In this document: one piece after another, positions 39,174 through 48,809 of the stretch
Layout: each line of letters begins with the position of its first letter
Numbering within the stretch: the stretch's first letter is position 1
Sequence record: DRR723986_6770
Direction: 5' to 3' (one strand)
DNA: 52,187 nucleotides
Position numbers and translations under genes: made by a program
The notes under the pieces: model-generated
What the model was told of the DNA's origin: nothing
Seen by the model: only the letters and a program-made list of their open reading frames with translations
Database searches by the model: none

Positions 39174-39626
39174 ATGAAGTATTTAAAGATTTTAACTCTG
39201 GTATTGTTTTTTGGATTGGGAGCATCTCTTGAAAGTAATGCTCAGGAACTAGGTATCCGTTTTGGTCAATTCGGTGGAAATAACGTGGCTATCGATGGTG
39301 TATTTGCACTTGGGGAATTCAGTAGAATTCACGGCGACGTAAGTTTTGGTTCAGGTGTAGGCATTGACCTAATTTGGAACCCCTTGTACAGACCTGTAGG
39401 CTCAAGTGAATTCAATTGGTATGCAGGTTTTGGTCCTTCACTCTACATCGATGATCCATTTTCTTTGGGAGTGGCTGGTGAAGTAGGTATTGAATATGCT
39501 TTTGATGATGTGCCTATCGTAATTGGAGCTGACTGGAGACCTACACTTCGTATAATTGAGGATACAGATTTTTTCGCAGATGTATTCGGACTCAATATCA
39601 GATGGCGATTTGGTAATATAAACTAA
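39174..39626 (+). CDS. Small outer-membrane beta-barrel protein
   Basis: Signal peptide ending SNA-Q, WYAGFG, GIEYAF and terminal LNIRWRF. Confidence 0.78.
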   Translation: MKYLKILTLVLFFGLGASLESNAQELGIRFGQFGGNNVAIDGVFALGEFSRIHGDVSFGSGVGIDLIWNPLYRPVGSSEFNWYAGFGPSLYIDDPFSLGVAGEVGIEYAFDDVPIVIGADWRPTLRIIEDTDFFADVFGLNIRWRFGNIN

Positions 39627-39631
39627 TAAGT

Positions 39632-39658
39632 AGAGCAGGTAATACCTGCTCTTTTTTT
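39632..39658 (+). terminator. Intrinsic terminator abutting the next start codon
   Basis: AGAGCAGGTA-a-TACCTGCTCT followed by a T run; the next ATG is at 39659. Confidence 0.75.
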
Positions 39659-40117
39659 ATGCTACTATTAGTTGAAGGAGATTTTTTTATTGAGCGAATG
39701 GAGGGAAAAGGTGGCTGGAGCTATGTGAAATTTCCCCAAGAAATTATGACCTCTTCCAAAGCTTTTGGAATGATGAAAGTCTCAGGTAGGATCGATGATT
39801 TTTCCTTTGAGGGGAAACACCTTATGCCGATGGGAAATGGATATATTTTCCTGCCTCTAGCTAAAGTCATTCGGTCAAAAATCGGTAAAAATGAGGGAGA
39901 TACCGTTTTTATACGATTGTACAAAGAAGAAGTCCCAGATAGACTTCCTCAAGAACTTATTGCTTGCCTCAAAGATGATCCTGGGAAGTATGACCATTTT
40001 TTAAACTTGCCCAAACCGGAGCAAAAGCATTGGATAGAATACATCTACAGCAGCGATAAAATCGAGGTAAGATCCGATCGAATACTAAAATTACTCTACC
40101 AACTAGGATTAACTTAA
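39659..40117 (+). CDS. DUF1905 plus YdeI/OmpD-associated domain protein
   Basis: GKGGWSYV, VSGRID and LMPMGNG..FLP, with C-terminal LPQEL..F..L...QK.WI.YI..R. Confidence 0.75.
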   Translation: MLLLVEGDFFIERMEGKGGWSYVKFPQEIMTSSKAFGMMKVSGRIDDFSFEGKHLMPMGNGYIFLPLAKVIRSKIGKNEGDTVFIRLYKEEVPDRLPQELIACLKDDPGKYDHFLNLPKPEQKHWIEYIYSSDKIEVRSDRILKLLYQLGLT

Positions 40118-42516
40118 AACTCTACAATTAACCCTACGGTTGGTAAAACAGTACCTGCTGGATTGTTGATAAATTTCAATTGGTATCTACTTGGGTCCGC
40201 TGGATCTACTAAAATATTTCCTTCAGCGTCTCGTGTCGGCACTAATAGAGGCGGTTGCTCAGCTTTGAAATTGTACACATTCTGAATATCCACATACCAA
40301 TTCAAATTCCATTTATTGAAATAATACTTCTTATCCAATCTTAGATCCAACTGATGAAAACCATTCAATCGAATGGCATTGATTTGAGAATAATCCAAAA
40401 TAGGTTGGTTTCTCAAATCCCAATTGCTAATCAAACTTGATTCATCATAATCATATGGCGTGTAAGGTGTGCCACCTAAAAATCTCCATCGCGCCCCAAT
40501 TTCCCAATTCTTCCCAAAACGCTTACCGGCTGTCAAACTGACGATGAATCTATTGTCCCAAGAGGAGGGCACATAGCCATCTGTATTAGGATTGGTAAAT
40601 TCACTGCGAACCAATGTAAGTGCAGCTATTCCATAGAAATTATTGAAAAGACGCTGCTGGGCAAGCATTTCCAGTCCATAGGCTCTACCTTCTGAGTTGG
40701 ACTCCACCGGCTCATTTCCAATTACCCCAAAATCAGCGCCTAGGTTTGCCAGAGAAATTCCATTTCGAAGGGAGGATGGGTAATTACTGTATTTCTTATA
40801 AAATACCTCTGCGGTAAAACGACGGTTTTTCTCAGGGACCAGCCACTCTATTCCACCGATCAATTGAGAATTTCTAATAAAAAGCACATCATTGAGCTGA
40901 TTGACTAGCTGCCCATCATTATCCTGATATCCCAAAACAGTATACGAAGGCTTCTGATAATAAATCCCTGCATTGGCAGTAGCAAAGAGATTAGGCTTCA
41001 ACTGATAAGAAAAAGAAATCCTAGGGCTGACCTGATTGAGGGGATTTTGGGCGGTTTCTCCAAAATCAGCTCCGTCCATTCTTATTCCTCCCGTGATCAA
41101 TAATCGCTCGTCATAGAGATTTTTACTGGCTGATAAAAAGCCACCGTACGTGTTGTAGTTGCTAGTAGACTCAACAGAAATCACCTGTCCGCTACCTGCA
41201 AGAGTGGCTCGGTCAAAATTATTTATGTAATACCTGGAGTACTCGTAGTTAACTCCATATTTGAACGTATATCCATTTTTGAAAATACTGTTCTCCGCCC
41301 GAAATTTATTTTCAGATTCTTGAGACAGGTAGTTATAAAGCAAATTGTCTTCGCTGCTGTTGTCATTGCCGGCATACTTCACCGACTGATTGTTGAGCAT
41401 ATTCCTGCTGAGCACAAACGTCCAAAAACCATTTTCTCTAAATCTCTTCAACCTGACTCCCGTCGCATAGTTCCACTGATTCTGAACAGGTAGCACATTC
41501 AAAAGATAAAGGCGGTTTTCCCGCTCCTCCTCCGTTTCATCATCGGGAATATCCTCATTCAACACAAACTTGTCTATTGCTCCCACTCCGATGAAAGTAA
41601 GCTCTGTTTTATCGTTGATTTTAGTAGTGGTTTTCAGTTGAAAATCATTGAAAGTTGGGAGAAAGGGTAAACCAATCAGCTTGAACAGACCTTGTAAATA
41701 GGAACGTCGAGCTGATAGCAAATACGTTGTTTTTTCTCCAAGTGGACCTTCATTAGACAAAGTCAATTCTGAAGCTCCCACAGTCAACTGAGTAGCCATT
41801 TTATCTCTACGTCCTTCTTTAAGTTGAAATTCAAAAAAAGAGCTGAGCGCATTCATACGATTGGCGGGAAATCCACCCGCAATCAAGTCCACATTTTTAA
41901 TCAGATTGACATTCAATATCCCAACTGGTCCTCCAGATGATCCTTGGGTGGCAAAATGATTGATGACCGGAACTTCTATCTCATCGACAAAAAACTTATT
42001 CTCATTTGGCGCACCTCCACGAATCAATATATCATTTCTGAAGCTAGGCGTACTCGCCACCCCAGGCAAAGACTGTATTACTCTTGAAATATCTCTATTA
42101 CCTCCAGGATAACGTTCAATCTCATTAGAATTAAGTCTTCGGACTGAAAGAGGCGTTTCTTCTGATCTGGAAAACTCAGAACTGACTACTACCTCTGAGA
42201 GCTCAGAAGCATCCTCCGCAAGATCAAAGTCTAATTGAACCGGGCGGGCCAACGTGACTTGGATTTCGAATTGCGTTTTGGTTTTGAATCCAACAAAACT
42301 CGCTCGCACATTATATAAACCGGGAGGAACATTTGAGATTTCATATAAACCATTTTCATCTGAAATGGCTCCTAATTCAGTATTTAATACAAGCACATTT
42401 GCAAAAGCAACTGGCTCGTTGTTGACTGGATTAGTGATTTTACCACGAATGATGCCTTGGGAAAGAGCTATCGTTGATATAGAAAAAAGAGATAATACAA
42501 GCAGAAATGACCTCAT
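40114..42516 (-). CDS. TonB-dependent receptor with N-terminal carboxypeptidase-regulatory-like domain
   Basis: Signal peptide, LSEVVV, plug-like LPGV..IRGG, and terminal GLIVEF. Confidence 0.9.
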   Translation of the reverse strand: MRSFLLVLSLFSISTIALSQGIIRGKITNPVNNEPVAFANVLVLNTELGAISDENGLYEISNVPPGLYNVRASFVGFKTKTQFEIQVTLARPVQLDFDLAEDASELSEVVVSSEFSRSEETPLSVRRLNSNEIERYPGGNRDISRVIQSLPGVASTPSFRNDILIRGGAPNENKFFVDEIEVPVINHFATQGSSGGPVGILNVNLIKNVDLIAGGFPANRMNALSSFFEFQLKEGRRDKMATQLTVGASELTLSNEGPLGEKTTYLLSARRSYLQGLFKLIGLPFLPTFNDFQLKTTTKINDKTELTFIGVGAIDKFVLNEDIPDDETEEERENRLYLLNVLPVQNQWNYATGVRLKRFRENGFWTFVLSRNMLNNQSVKYAGNDNSSEDNLLYNYLSQESENKFRAENSIFKNGYTFKYGVNYEYSRYYINNFDRATLAGSGQVISVESTSNYNTYGGFLSASKNLYDERLLITGGIRMDGADFGETAQNPLNQVSPRISFSYQLKPNLFATANAGIYYQKPSYTVLGYQDNDGQLVNQLNDVLFIRNSQLIGGIEWLVPEKNRRFTAEVFYKKYSNYPSSLRNGISLANLGADFGVIGNEPVESNSEGRAYGLEMLAQQRLFNNFYGIAALTLVRSEFTNPNTDGYVPSSWDNRFIVSLTAGKRFGKNWEIGARWRFLGGTPYTPYDYDESSLISNWDLRNQPILDYSQINAIRLNGFHQLDLRLDKKYYFNKWNLNWYVDIQNVYNFKAEQPPLLVPTRDAEGNILVDPADPSRYQLKFINNPAGTVLPTVGLIVEF

Positions 42517-42543
42517 TTAAAATTTTAGATAAGTGATGTGGAA

Positions 42544-43257
42544 CTATCCTTTTTCAATAATTTGAGCCTCTTTTACCCGCCATAGTCTCCACCATGGCGT
42601 ACCGGGAGAATCATGATGTTCGTAGTGATATCCAAAGAAATAGCAAGTAATAAAAGCCCAGAAGTGATTTTTAGATTGTGTTGTTGAATGATGCTTGTTG
42701 TCATTTTCACCTTTATGGGGGAGGTAGGTTCCAAAATAAAAAAGTTGAAATGTAGCAAGCACAGCTGGAAGCATCCAGAATACGATCAAATTCTCGGTAG
42801 GAAGATAAAGTTTCAGAATATTGAACGTCACCGCCATCAGGAAAATTTGCCAAATAGTCACGTATTGTTTGATGAAGCTGAAATACCAGGCAAAGAAATT
42901 GTCAGAATCATGGTAATCCGGGTCTTGATCAGTAGCTACAAAACGATGATGTTCGTGGTGCTTTGGAAAGAGCCTGCTGTAGAAATTATAGGAGAAAAGT
43001 AAGGCAGTAAACCAACCTATCGCTTTGTTAAGTTTTTTATGAGAAGATACTAGTCCATGCATCGCATCATGTGCCGTGATAAAAAGCCCAGTGTAGAGGT
43101 GCATTTGAATTAAAACCCCAAAATAAACAAGGGGATCGAGCCAGGAAATCTGATAATTCAAAAGAAAAATTAAGCTTGAAAACCACAGGCCTATAATTAC
43201 TAAAGCAATCAAAACACCTTTGGGGTCAACAGTCTCATCGTTGATTTTTGACTTCAT
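42544..43257 (-). CDS. crtW: Beta-carotene ketolase (fatty-acid-desaturase family)
   Basis: His boxes TGLFITAHDAMH, KHHEHH and YHYEHH, plus QLFYFGTYLPH and PWWRL; ATG at 43257. Confidence 0.88.
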   Translation of the reverse strand: MKSKINDETVDPKGVLIALVIIGLWFSSLIFLLNYQISWLDPLVYFGVLIQMHLYTGLFITAHDAMHGLVSSHKKLNKAIGWFTALLFSYNFYSRLFPKHHEHHRFVATDQDPDYHDSDNFFAWYFSFIKQYVTIWQIFLMAVTFNILKLYLPTENLIVFWMLPAVLATFQLFYFGTYLPHKGENDNKHHSTTQSKNHFWAFITCYFFGYHYEHHDSPGTPWWRLWRVKEAQIIEKG

Positions 43258-43280
43258 ACTGGCAAGTTGGGAATGTTTTC

Positions 43281-44126
43281 TCAAAAAGTCAGAATTCTTT
43301 CCTTCACCTGCTCCATGAGCCACATAGGCGTCGAAGTAGCGCCACAGATTCCAACTTGATCATTTTCGGTGAACCAATCGCTTTCTATTTGATCAGAGTT
43401 AGAAACGAAATAGGTATTTGGATTGGTGTCTTTGCAAACGTTGAAAAGCACTTTACCATTGGAAGATTTCGTGCCGCTGACAAATACAATCTTATCAAAC
43501 TTTGTAGCAAAGTCGCGAAGCTCCTTGTCCCGATTGGACACTTGCCTACAGATGGTATCGTTGGTATTGACAGTGATACCATTGTCCTTAAGAATACCAT
43601 TAATCTCGTAAAATTTATCTGTGCTCTTGGTAGTTTGGCTGTACAGCGTGATGTTTTTAGGAAGAGTTTCTAAGTCAAGCTCAGAAATATCCTGAAATAC
43701 CACCGCCTCATTATTTGTTTGACCTAAAAGCCCTATCACTTCAGCATGAGCGTGCTTGCCATAGATATAAATGGAATCTCCTTTATCGAATGAATTCTTG
43801 ATTCTATGCTGCAACTTCAACACTACAGGGCAACTTGCATCGATCAGCGTAAGATTATTTTTGATAGCCAACTCATAAGTAGTTGGAGGCTCGCCATGAG
43901 CTCGAATCAATACATTTTCATCACGCAAGTCCTTTAAGACTTCATGATCAATAATCTTCAACCCTTTTCTCTTGAGACGGTTTACTTCTTCGTCGTTATG
44001 GACAATATCTCCAAGACAATACAAATGGCCTGACTCATCAAGAATATCTTCTGCCATCTCGATAGCATAAACTACCCCAAAGCAGAAGCCTGAATGCATA
44101 TCAATTTGAACGTGAAGATTCTTCAT
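43281..44126 (-). CDS. ispH: 4-hydroxy-3-methylbut-2-enyl diphosphate reductase
   Basis: Motifs GFCFGV, IVHN, RAHG, DASCP, SQTT, DTIC, SSN and GATSTP. Confidence 0.95.
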   Translation of the reverse strand: MKNLHVQIDMHSGFCFGVVYAIEMAEDILDESGHLYCLGDIVHNDEEVNRLKRKGLKIIDHEVLKDLRDENVLIRAHGEPPTTYELAIKNNLTLIDASCPVVLKLQHRIKNSFDKGDSIYIYGKHAHAEVIGLLGQTNNEAVVFQDISELDLETLPKNITLYSQTTKSTDKFYEINGILKDNGITVNTNDTICRQVSNRDKELRDFATKFDKIVFVSGTKSSNGKVLFNVCKDTNPNTYFVSNSDQIESDWFTENDQVGICGATSTPMWLMEQVKERILTF

Positions 44127-44144
44127 AATCAAATAACTTAAAGC

Positions 44145-44840
44145 TTATTGAATTGTTTTTTTCTTTCTGAAAAATTCAAAAAACGAAACATTCATGAGAA
44201 GCATTGTCATAGAATAAATCGTATCCTCTATTGGTACTGTCCATATTCGAATACCCAGATTTTCAGCATTGTTATAAATAACTACAGGTTCCGGGGTAAA
44301 ACCTCCCGTTAATACACCATTACAAAGGATAAAAGGAATGAGGTGAACTAAATAGGCAAATAAGAATCTACCCATGTACTTATCCTTGAAAATCAACCAG
44401 TGAACTGCTAATGCTACTGCGCCTAAACTAAAATTAACTGCTGTATACATCTTATCAAAATTCACAAATGCAAGAAGCAGCAAGAACGGTATCATAGTGA
44501 AAATGAAGTACTTTCCAACCGGTTTGAAAATATCCTTTGGAAAAAAGTAAATCAATACTTCATAAATGAACATGCAAGCATATGGCACCGTGAAAAAGAA
44601 CAGCCATTCTTCAATCGGTAGTTCGAATAGATATATCCCAAGAATGTAGCGTGGATTGAATTCCCAAACTCCAATAACTGTAAACCAGTGATCCCAGATC
44701 AAAAAGAAAATAGCAGTGATAAGTATGGCTGGAAACAAGGCGTACCACTTTGTGGCAAACTTGATTCTCGGCTCGAAAGATCGAACTAAGGGAAAGGAAA
44801 TTGCGAAAATGTTTACCGCCAAATAGAGGTATTTTTCCAT
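44145..44840 (-). CDS. crtYcd: Fusion-type membrane lycopene beta-cyclase
   Basis: Two membrane repeats with PIEEWLFF and PIEDTIY; lies between crtB and ispH. Confidence 0.85.
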   Translation of the reverse strand: MEKYLYLAVNIFAISFPLVRSFEPRIKFATKWYALFPAILITAIFFLIWDHWFTVIGVWEFNPRYILGIYLFELPIEEWLFFFTVPYACMFIYEVLIYFFPKDIFKPVGKYFIFTMIPFLLLLAFVNFDKMYTAVNFSLGAVALAVHWLIFKDKYMGRFLFAYLVHLIPFILCNGVLTGGFTPEPVVIYNNAENLGIRIWTVPIEDTIYSMTMLLMNVSFFEFFRKKKTIQ

Positions 44841-44842
44841 TG

Positions 44843-45685
44843 TCAACTTAGTCCTAATTTACTTCCGAAATAAGTGCCAATGAGCAAGCTAAATTTTTGT
44901 GAATTCGGTATTCTGATACGCTCATGAGTGATTTTTGCGGCAGAAAGCCCCTTGATTTTATCGAAAAGTTTCTGATAATATAAGTATGCTACTTTTACAC
45001 CGAGTTTGGCTCCATCGGGAAGTTGAGCTATACCTAGTAAGGCCTCGTCAAAATCCTTCTGAATATCTTCTTCGATCAGTTCCTTGGCCGATTTATCAAA
45101 CTGCTCAAAAGCAACTCCAGGGAAATAAACTCTACCTCGTTCTTCAAAATCACTCTTGATATCGCGAAGGAAATTGACTTTTTGAAAAGCAGACCCAAGC
45201 ATTTGAGCAGGTCTCTTCAATTTTTGGTAAGCTTCTTCGTCCCCATCTACAAATACTTTAAGACACATCAAACCAACTACCTCAGCCGAACCATAAATGT
45301 ATTCTAAGTAACGATCGTCATTGTAAGTATTGAAATCCAGATCCATTGCCATGCTTTTAAAGAAGGATTCAATGAGCTCGTGGTCAATATCATATTTATT
45401 CACAATCATCTGAAAACCATGCAATACTGGATTCAAAGAAAGCCCAAGTTCAATAGACTTATAGGTTTCATGCCTGAACTCAGCCAACAATTGGGATTTG
45501 TCATGAGTGTGAAAAGTATCAACGATCTCGTCCGCAAAACGGACAAAACCATAAATAGCATAGATGGACTGGTGGAATTTTTTGTCTAGGGTTTGAATAC
45601 CAAGGGTAAAGCTGGTACTGTAGCGCTGCGTGATTAGCTTGCCACACTCCAAACTAGTTTGGTCGAATAATTCCTTTGCGTCCAT
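44843..45685 (-). CDS. crtB: Phytoene synthase
   Basis: Motifs YSTSF, YGFVRFADEIVD, YIYGSAEVVG and FQKVNFLRDI. Confidence 0.95.
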   Translation of the reverse strand: MDAKELFDQTSLECGKLITQRYSTSFTLGIQTLDKKFHQSIYAIYGFVRFADEIVDTFHTHDKSQLLAEFRHETYKSIELGLSLNPVLHGFQMIVNKYDIDHELIESFFKSMAMDLDFNTYNDDRYLEYIYGSAEVVGLMCLKVFVDGDEEAYQKLKRPAQMLGSAFQKVNFLRDIKSDFEERGRVYFPGVAFEQFDKSAKELIEEDIQKDFDEALLGIAQLPDGAKLGVKVAYLYYQKLFDKIKGLSAAKITHERIRIPNSQKFSLLIGTYFGSKLGLS

Positions 45686-45707
45686 GAAACTTAATATACT
45701 TAATTAA

Positions 45708-47186
45708 TTACGAATTTTCCCGAATGACCTCTTTTGCAACGACATAGCCGGATATTAAAGACGGAGGAACGCCTGGCCCCGGAACAGTAAGCTGACCAGT
45801 GTAAAACAGGTTATTTACTTTTTTGTTTTTAAGTGAAGGTTTTAGAATAGCAGTTTGCTTCAAAGTGTTGGCCAATCCATAAGCATTTCCTTTATAGGCA
45901 TGATAGTCAGCTTTAAAGTCTGAATGTGCATAAGATCGCTTGTAGATTACATGAGAACGTATTTCCTGACCAGAAATTCTTTCAAGTCGGTCCATGATTA
46001 TGTGGTAGTACTTTTCTCTAGTCTCTTCAGAATCCTCCAAATCAGGAGCTAACGGAACTAGCAGAAACAAATTCTCCATTCCTTCAGGTGCGACTGTAGA
46101 ATCAGTTATAGAAGGTACGCATGCATAAAACAAAGGGGCTTCTGGCCATCTTGGATTGGTATAGATTGCATCAGCATGAGGTCCAAGGGGCTCATCGAAA
46201 AACAGATTATGATGGCGTAGATTATTTAGTCGCTTATCCACCCCTAGGTAAAACAATAAACTGGAAGGCGCCATTACTCGCTTATCCCAGTATGCTTCAC
46301 TGTAATTACTATATTTCGGATTGATCAGATGCTTATCCACATGGTGATAATCCGCACCAGCTATCACCACATCTGCAGATACTACTTCTCCAGATTTCAG
46401 TCGTACACCACTTGCAAGCCCATCTACAATTTGTATTTCCTCAACTTCAGCGTTATATCTTATTTTCACCCCTTTTTCTTCTGCCAAGGCTACCATCCCC
46501 GCGATGATTTCATGCATTCCTCCTTTCGGATACCAAGTTCCCAAAGCAATATCTGCATAGTTCATTAAGCTGTAGAGGGCAGGAATATTCTCAGCAGTTT
46601 CTCCAAGGAAAAGCACTGGAAATTCCATCAAACGAATGATTTTATCAGATTTGAAAAACTTTCGAACGTGGGAGGACATGGATTGAAAAACATCCATACG
46701 CATGATATCTTTTAAAAGCGATAAAGATGTAAATTCTAAAAGGGAACGACTTGGCTTTTTCACCAAATCGTGAATTCCAACCTGATATTTATATTTTGCT
46801 TGCGCCAAAAACTCGTCAAGTTGAACTGCTGAACCTGGCTCTATTTCTTCAAGCTTTGCCTTGAACTCGTCCAAGTTTGCAGGAATATCCAAAACATCAT
46901 CTTGACCATAAATCACTGCATAGGAAGGGTCAAGACGAATTAAATCATAATAATCGGATGGCTTTTTACCAAAATGAGAAAAATAATCTTCGAACACATC
47001 GGGCATCCAATACCAACTTGGCCCCATATCGAAGGTGAACCCATTACTTGAAAATTTCCTTGCTCTACCTCCTGGAGATTCATTTTTCTCCAGAAGAGTA
47101 ACCGAGTAATTATTGTCAGCAAGATGGGTTGCAGCAGAAAGGCCTGCAAAACCAGATCCTATTACCACCGCATGCTTTTGATTCAT
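45708..47186 (-). CDS. crtI: Phytoene desaturase
   Basis: Motifs IGSGFAGL, FDMGPSWYWMPD and GQLTVPGPGVP. Confidence 0.93.
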   Translation of the reverse strand: MNQKHAVVIGSGFAGLSAATHLADNNYSVTLLEKNESPGGRARKFSSNGFTFDMGPSWYWMPDVFEDYFSHFGKKPSDYYDLIRLDPSYAVIYGQDDVLDIPANLDEFKAKLEEIEPGSAVQLDEFLAQAKYKYQVGIHDLVKKPSRSLLEFTSLSLLKDIMRMDVFQSMSSHVRKFFKSDKIIRLMEFPVLFLGETAENIPALYSLMNYADIALGTWYPKGGMHEIIAGMVALAEEKGVKIRYNAEVEEIQIVDGLASGVRLKSGEVVSADVVIAGADYHHVDKHLINPKYSNYSEAYWDKRVMAPSSLLFYLGVDKRLNNLRHHNLFFDEPLGPHADAIYTNPRWPEAPLFYACVPSITDSTVAPEGMENLFLLVPLAPDLEDSEETREKYYHIIMDRLERISGQEIRSHVIYKRSYAHSDFKADYHAYKGNAYGLANTLKQTAILKPSLKNKKVNNLFYTGQLTVPGPGVPPSLISGYVVAKEVIRENS

Positions 47187-47190
47187 CTTT

Positions 47191-47703
47191 TTAATTTACG
47201 TGCTTATAAACTGTTAAGTCCTCTTTTAGGTATTTGCGAGCAATATGAATTCGATTTTTAACAGTTCCAATCGGAATATTCAATCTATCCGCAATTTCGT
47301 GATACTTAAAACCTCTATAATATAATAAAAAGGGAGTACTGAAAATTTCGTCCAATCTATCTATTGCCTCATAGATATCATCCATGGCAAAATCTCCATA
47401 CGCAGAATTCTCAATCAATGCGCCACTTGAATTAATGAAGTGCAGATTATCAGTGGTATCTACGAAAGTAGCCCTTCTCACCATTTTCTGATAATTGGTG
47501 ATGAAGGTGTTTTTCATGATCGTGTAAAGCCATGCTTTTAGGTTAGTACCTTCAGCGAATTTATCCTGATTCGTGTATGCTTTCACCATTGTATCCTGAA
47601 GCAAATCATTTGCATCATCGAGATCCCGTGTCAATTTTAGCGCGAATGGCTTTAATACACCTGAAAGCTGATTTAATGAGTAACTGAATTCAATTGAAGT
47701 CAT
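47191..47703 (-). CDS. ECF-type RNA polymerase sigma factor
   Basis: DANDLLQDT, AWLYTIMKN and YHEIA..IPIGTVKNRI; ends 4 nt before crtI. Confidence 0.92.
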   Translation of the reverse strand: MTSIEFSYSLNQLSGVLKPFALKLTRDLDDANDLLQDTMVKAYTNQDKFAEGTNLKAWLYTIMKNTFITNYQKMVRRATFVDTTDNLHFINSSGALIENSAYGDFAMDDIYEAIDRLDEIFSTPFLLYYRGFKYHEIADRLNIPIGTVKNRIHIARKYLKEDLTVYKHVN

Positions 47704-47715
47704 GGTTTTGCCCTT

Positions 47716-47795
47716 TTTGTTTAAACAAACCTAACATTCGTTAAACAAATATCCAAGCCTTTGTTTAATTATTTTTTCTTTTTGTTAAACAAAAA
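47716..47795. promoter_or_regulatory. Putative operator array overlapping the sigma-crtI promoter
   Basis: Palindromes TTTGTTTAAACAAA (47716-47729) and TTTTTGTT-A-AACAAAAA (47779-47795), half-sites at 47741 and 47761, and a minus-strand -7 box TAGGTTTG at 47726-47733. Confidence 0.6.
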
Positions 47796-47863
47796 TGATT
47801 GCCAAGGCCTTGGGAAAGGTCATAAAATCAACATTAAAGGCCATTTTGGCAATATTTGGACAT

Positions 47864-47891
47864 AAAAAAAGTATTCACTAGGAATACTTTT
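47864..47891 (-). terminator. Terminator after the MerR/B12 regulator
   Basis: AAAAAAAGTATTC-actag-GAATACTTTT. Confidence 0.55.
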
Positions 47892-47913
47892 GTTTAACAG
47901 TTTTGTGCTTTGT

Positions 47914-48804
47914 CTAAACAATCTGTTCTTCCAATTGGACTAAAAAGCGCTTTATCTCTTTAGCATAAGCTAGTACAGAAATGTTGGAAGGAAGAGATAA
48001 GGGATGCTCCGTGGCATTCAATCCAGCAACGAAAACCTTTGCCTCTGGAAACTCATTCCCCAGCATATCCACATATTCTTGTACTTTCTCGCCTGATGGA
48101 GAAGTGGTAATCACCGTGAGTAAATAGTCAGGTCGCTGCATATTATAGACCGAAACCAAATCTGCATCTGGAGTATTTTGTCCCAAGTAGATGACCTTAT
48201 GCCCATGTTTTTTGATCAAATACGAACTGAAAAGAAGGGATATTTCGTGTAACTCACCTTCTGGAAGAAAGAGCATAAAGGTTTTACCGGTATTATTTCC
48301 CACTTCTCCATCAATAGCGACAATCAACTTTTGTCTGATCAAATTAGAGATGAAATGTTCTTGAGCAGGAGTAATCGCTCCTGTGAGCCAGAGAATTCCA
48401 ATTTTGGTTAGGAAAGGATAGACTACTTTTAGAATAGTGTCTTCAAATCCCAATTTGATGATACTGGTGGAGAGGACTTTCTCAAATCTATCCTCATCCA
48501 TTTCTATCATGCAAATGGTGAGTGCTTGGATCTGGTCATTATGATCTAAGGATTGGTCTGTGAGTCTAATGATTTCTTCACTGACCTCATTACAGGTCAT
48601 CGCGGCGATTTTGCTGATTTTCATACCATGGGCATTCAGCATCGCGACATTTAAGATACGCTTGAGATCTTCATCGTCATAGTAGCGGATATTCGTATCC
48701 GTCCTTTTGGGAGTAACCAAATTATAACGTTGCTCCCAGATCCTAAGCGTATGCGCTTTTATTCCTGACAGTTGCTCTAGATCTTTTATCGAGTAGTTGC
48801 TCAC
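47914..48804 (-). CDS. MerR-family regulator with cobalamin-binding domain (CarH/LitR-like)
   Basis: MerR HTH (YSIKDLE..TLRIWEQRY), W-x9-EH (WLTGAITPAQEH), ELHEIS and YLG..TP; GTG start. Confidence 0.9.
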   Translation of the reverse strand: MSNYSIKDLEQLSGIKAHTLRIWEQRYNLVTPKRTDTNIRYYDDEDLKRILNVAMLNAHGMKISKIAAMTCNEVSEEIIRLTDQSLDHNDQIQALTICMIEMDEDRFEKVLSTSIIKLGFEDTILKVVYPFLTKIGILWLTGAITPAQEHFISNLIRQKLIVAIDGEVGNNTGKTFMLFLPEGELHEISLLFSSYLIKKHGHKVIYLGQNTPDADLVSVYNMQRPDYLLTVITTSPSGEKVQEYVDMLGNEFPEAKVFVAGLNATEHPLSLPSNISVLAYAKEIKRFLVQLEEQIV

Positions 48805-48809
48805 CTTTC

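Noticed and set aside
42517-42543. Cobalamin riboswitch ahead of the TonB receptor
   Set aside because: Only 27 nt are available, and no B12-box is visible here or in the other spacers of the cluster.
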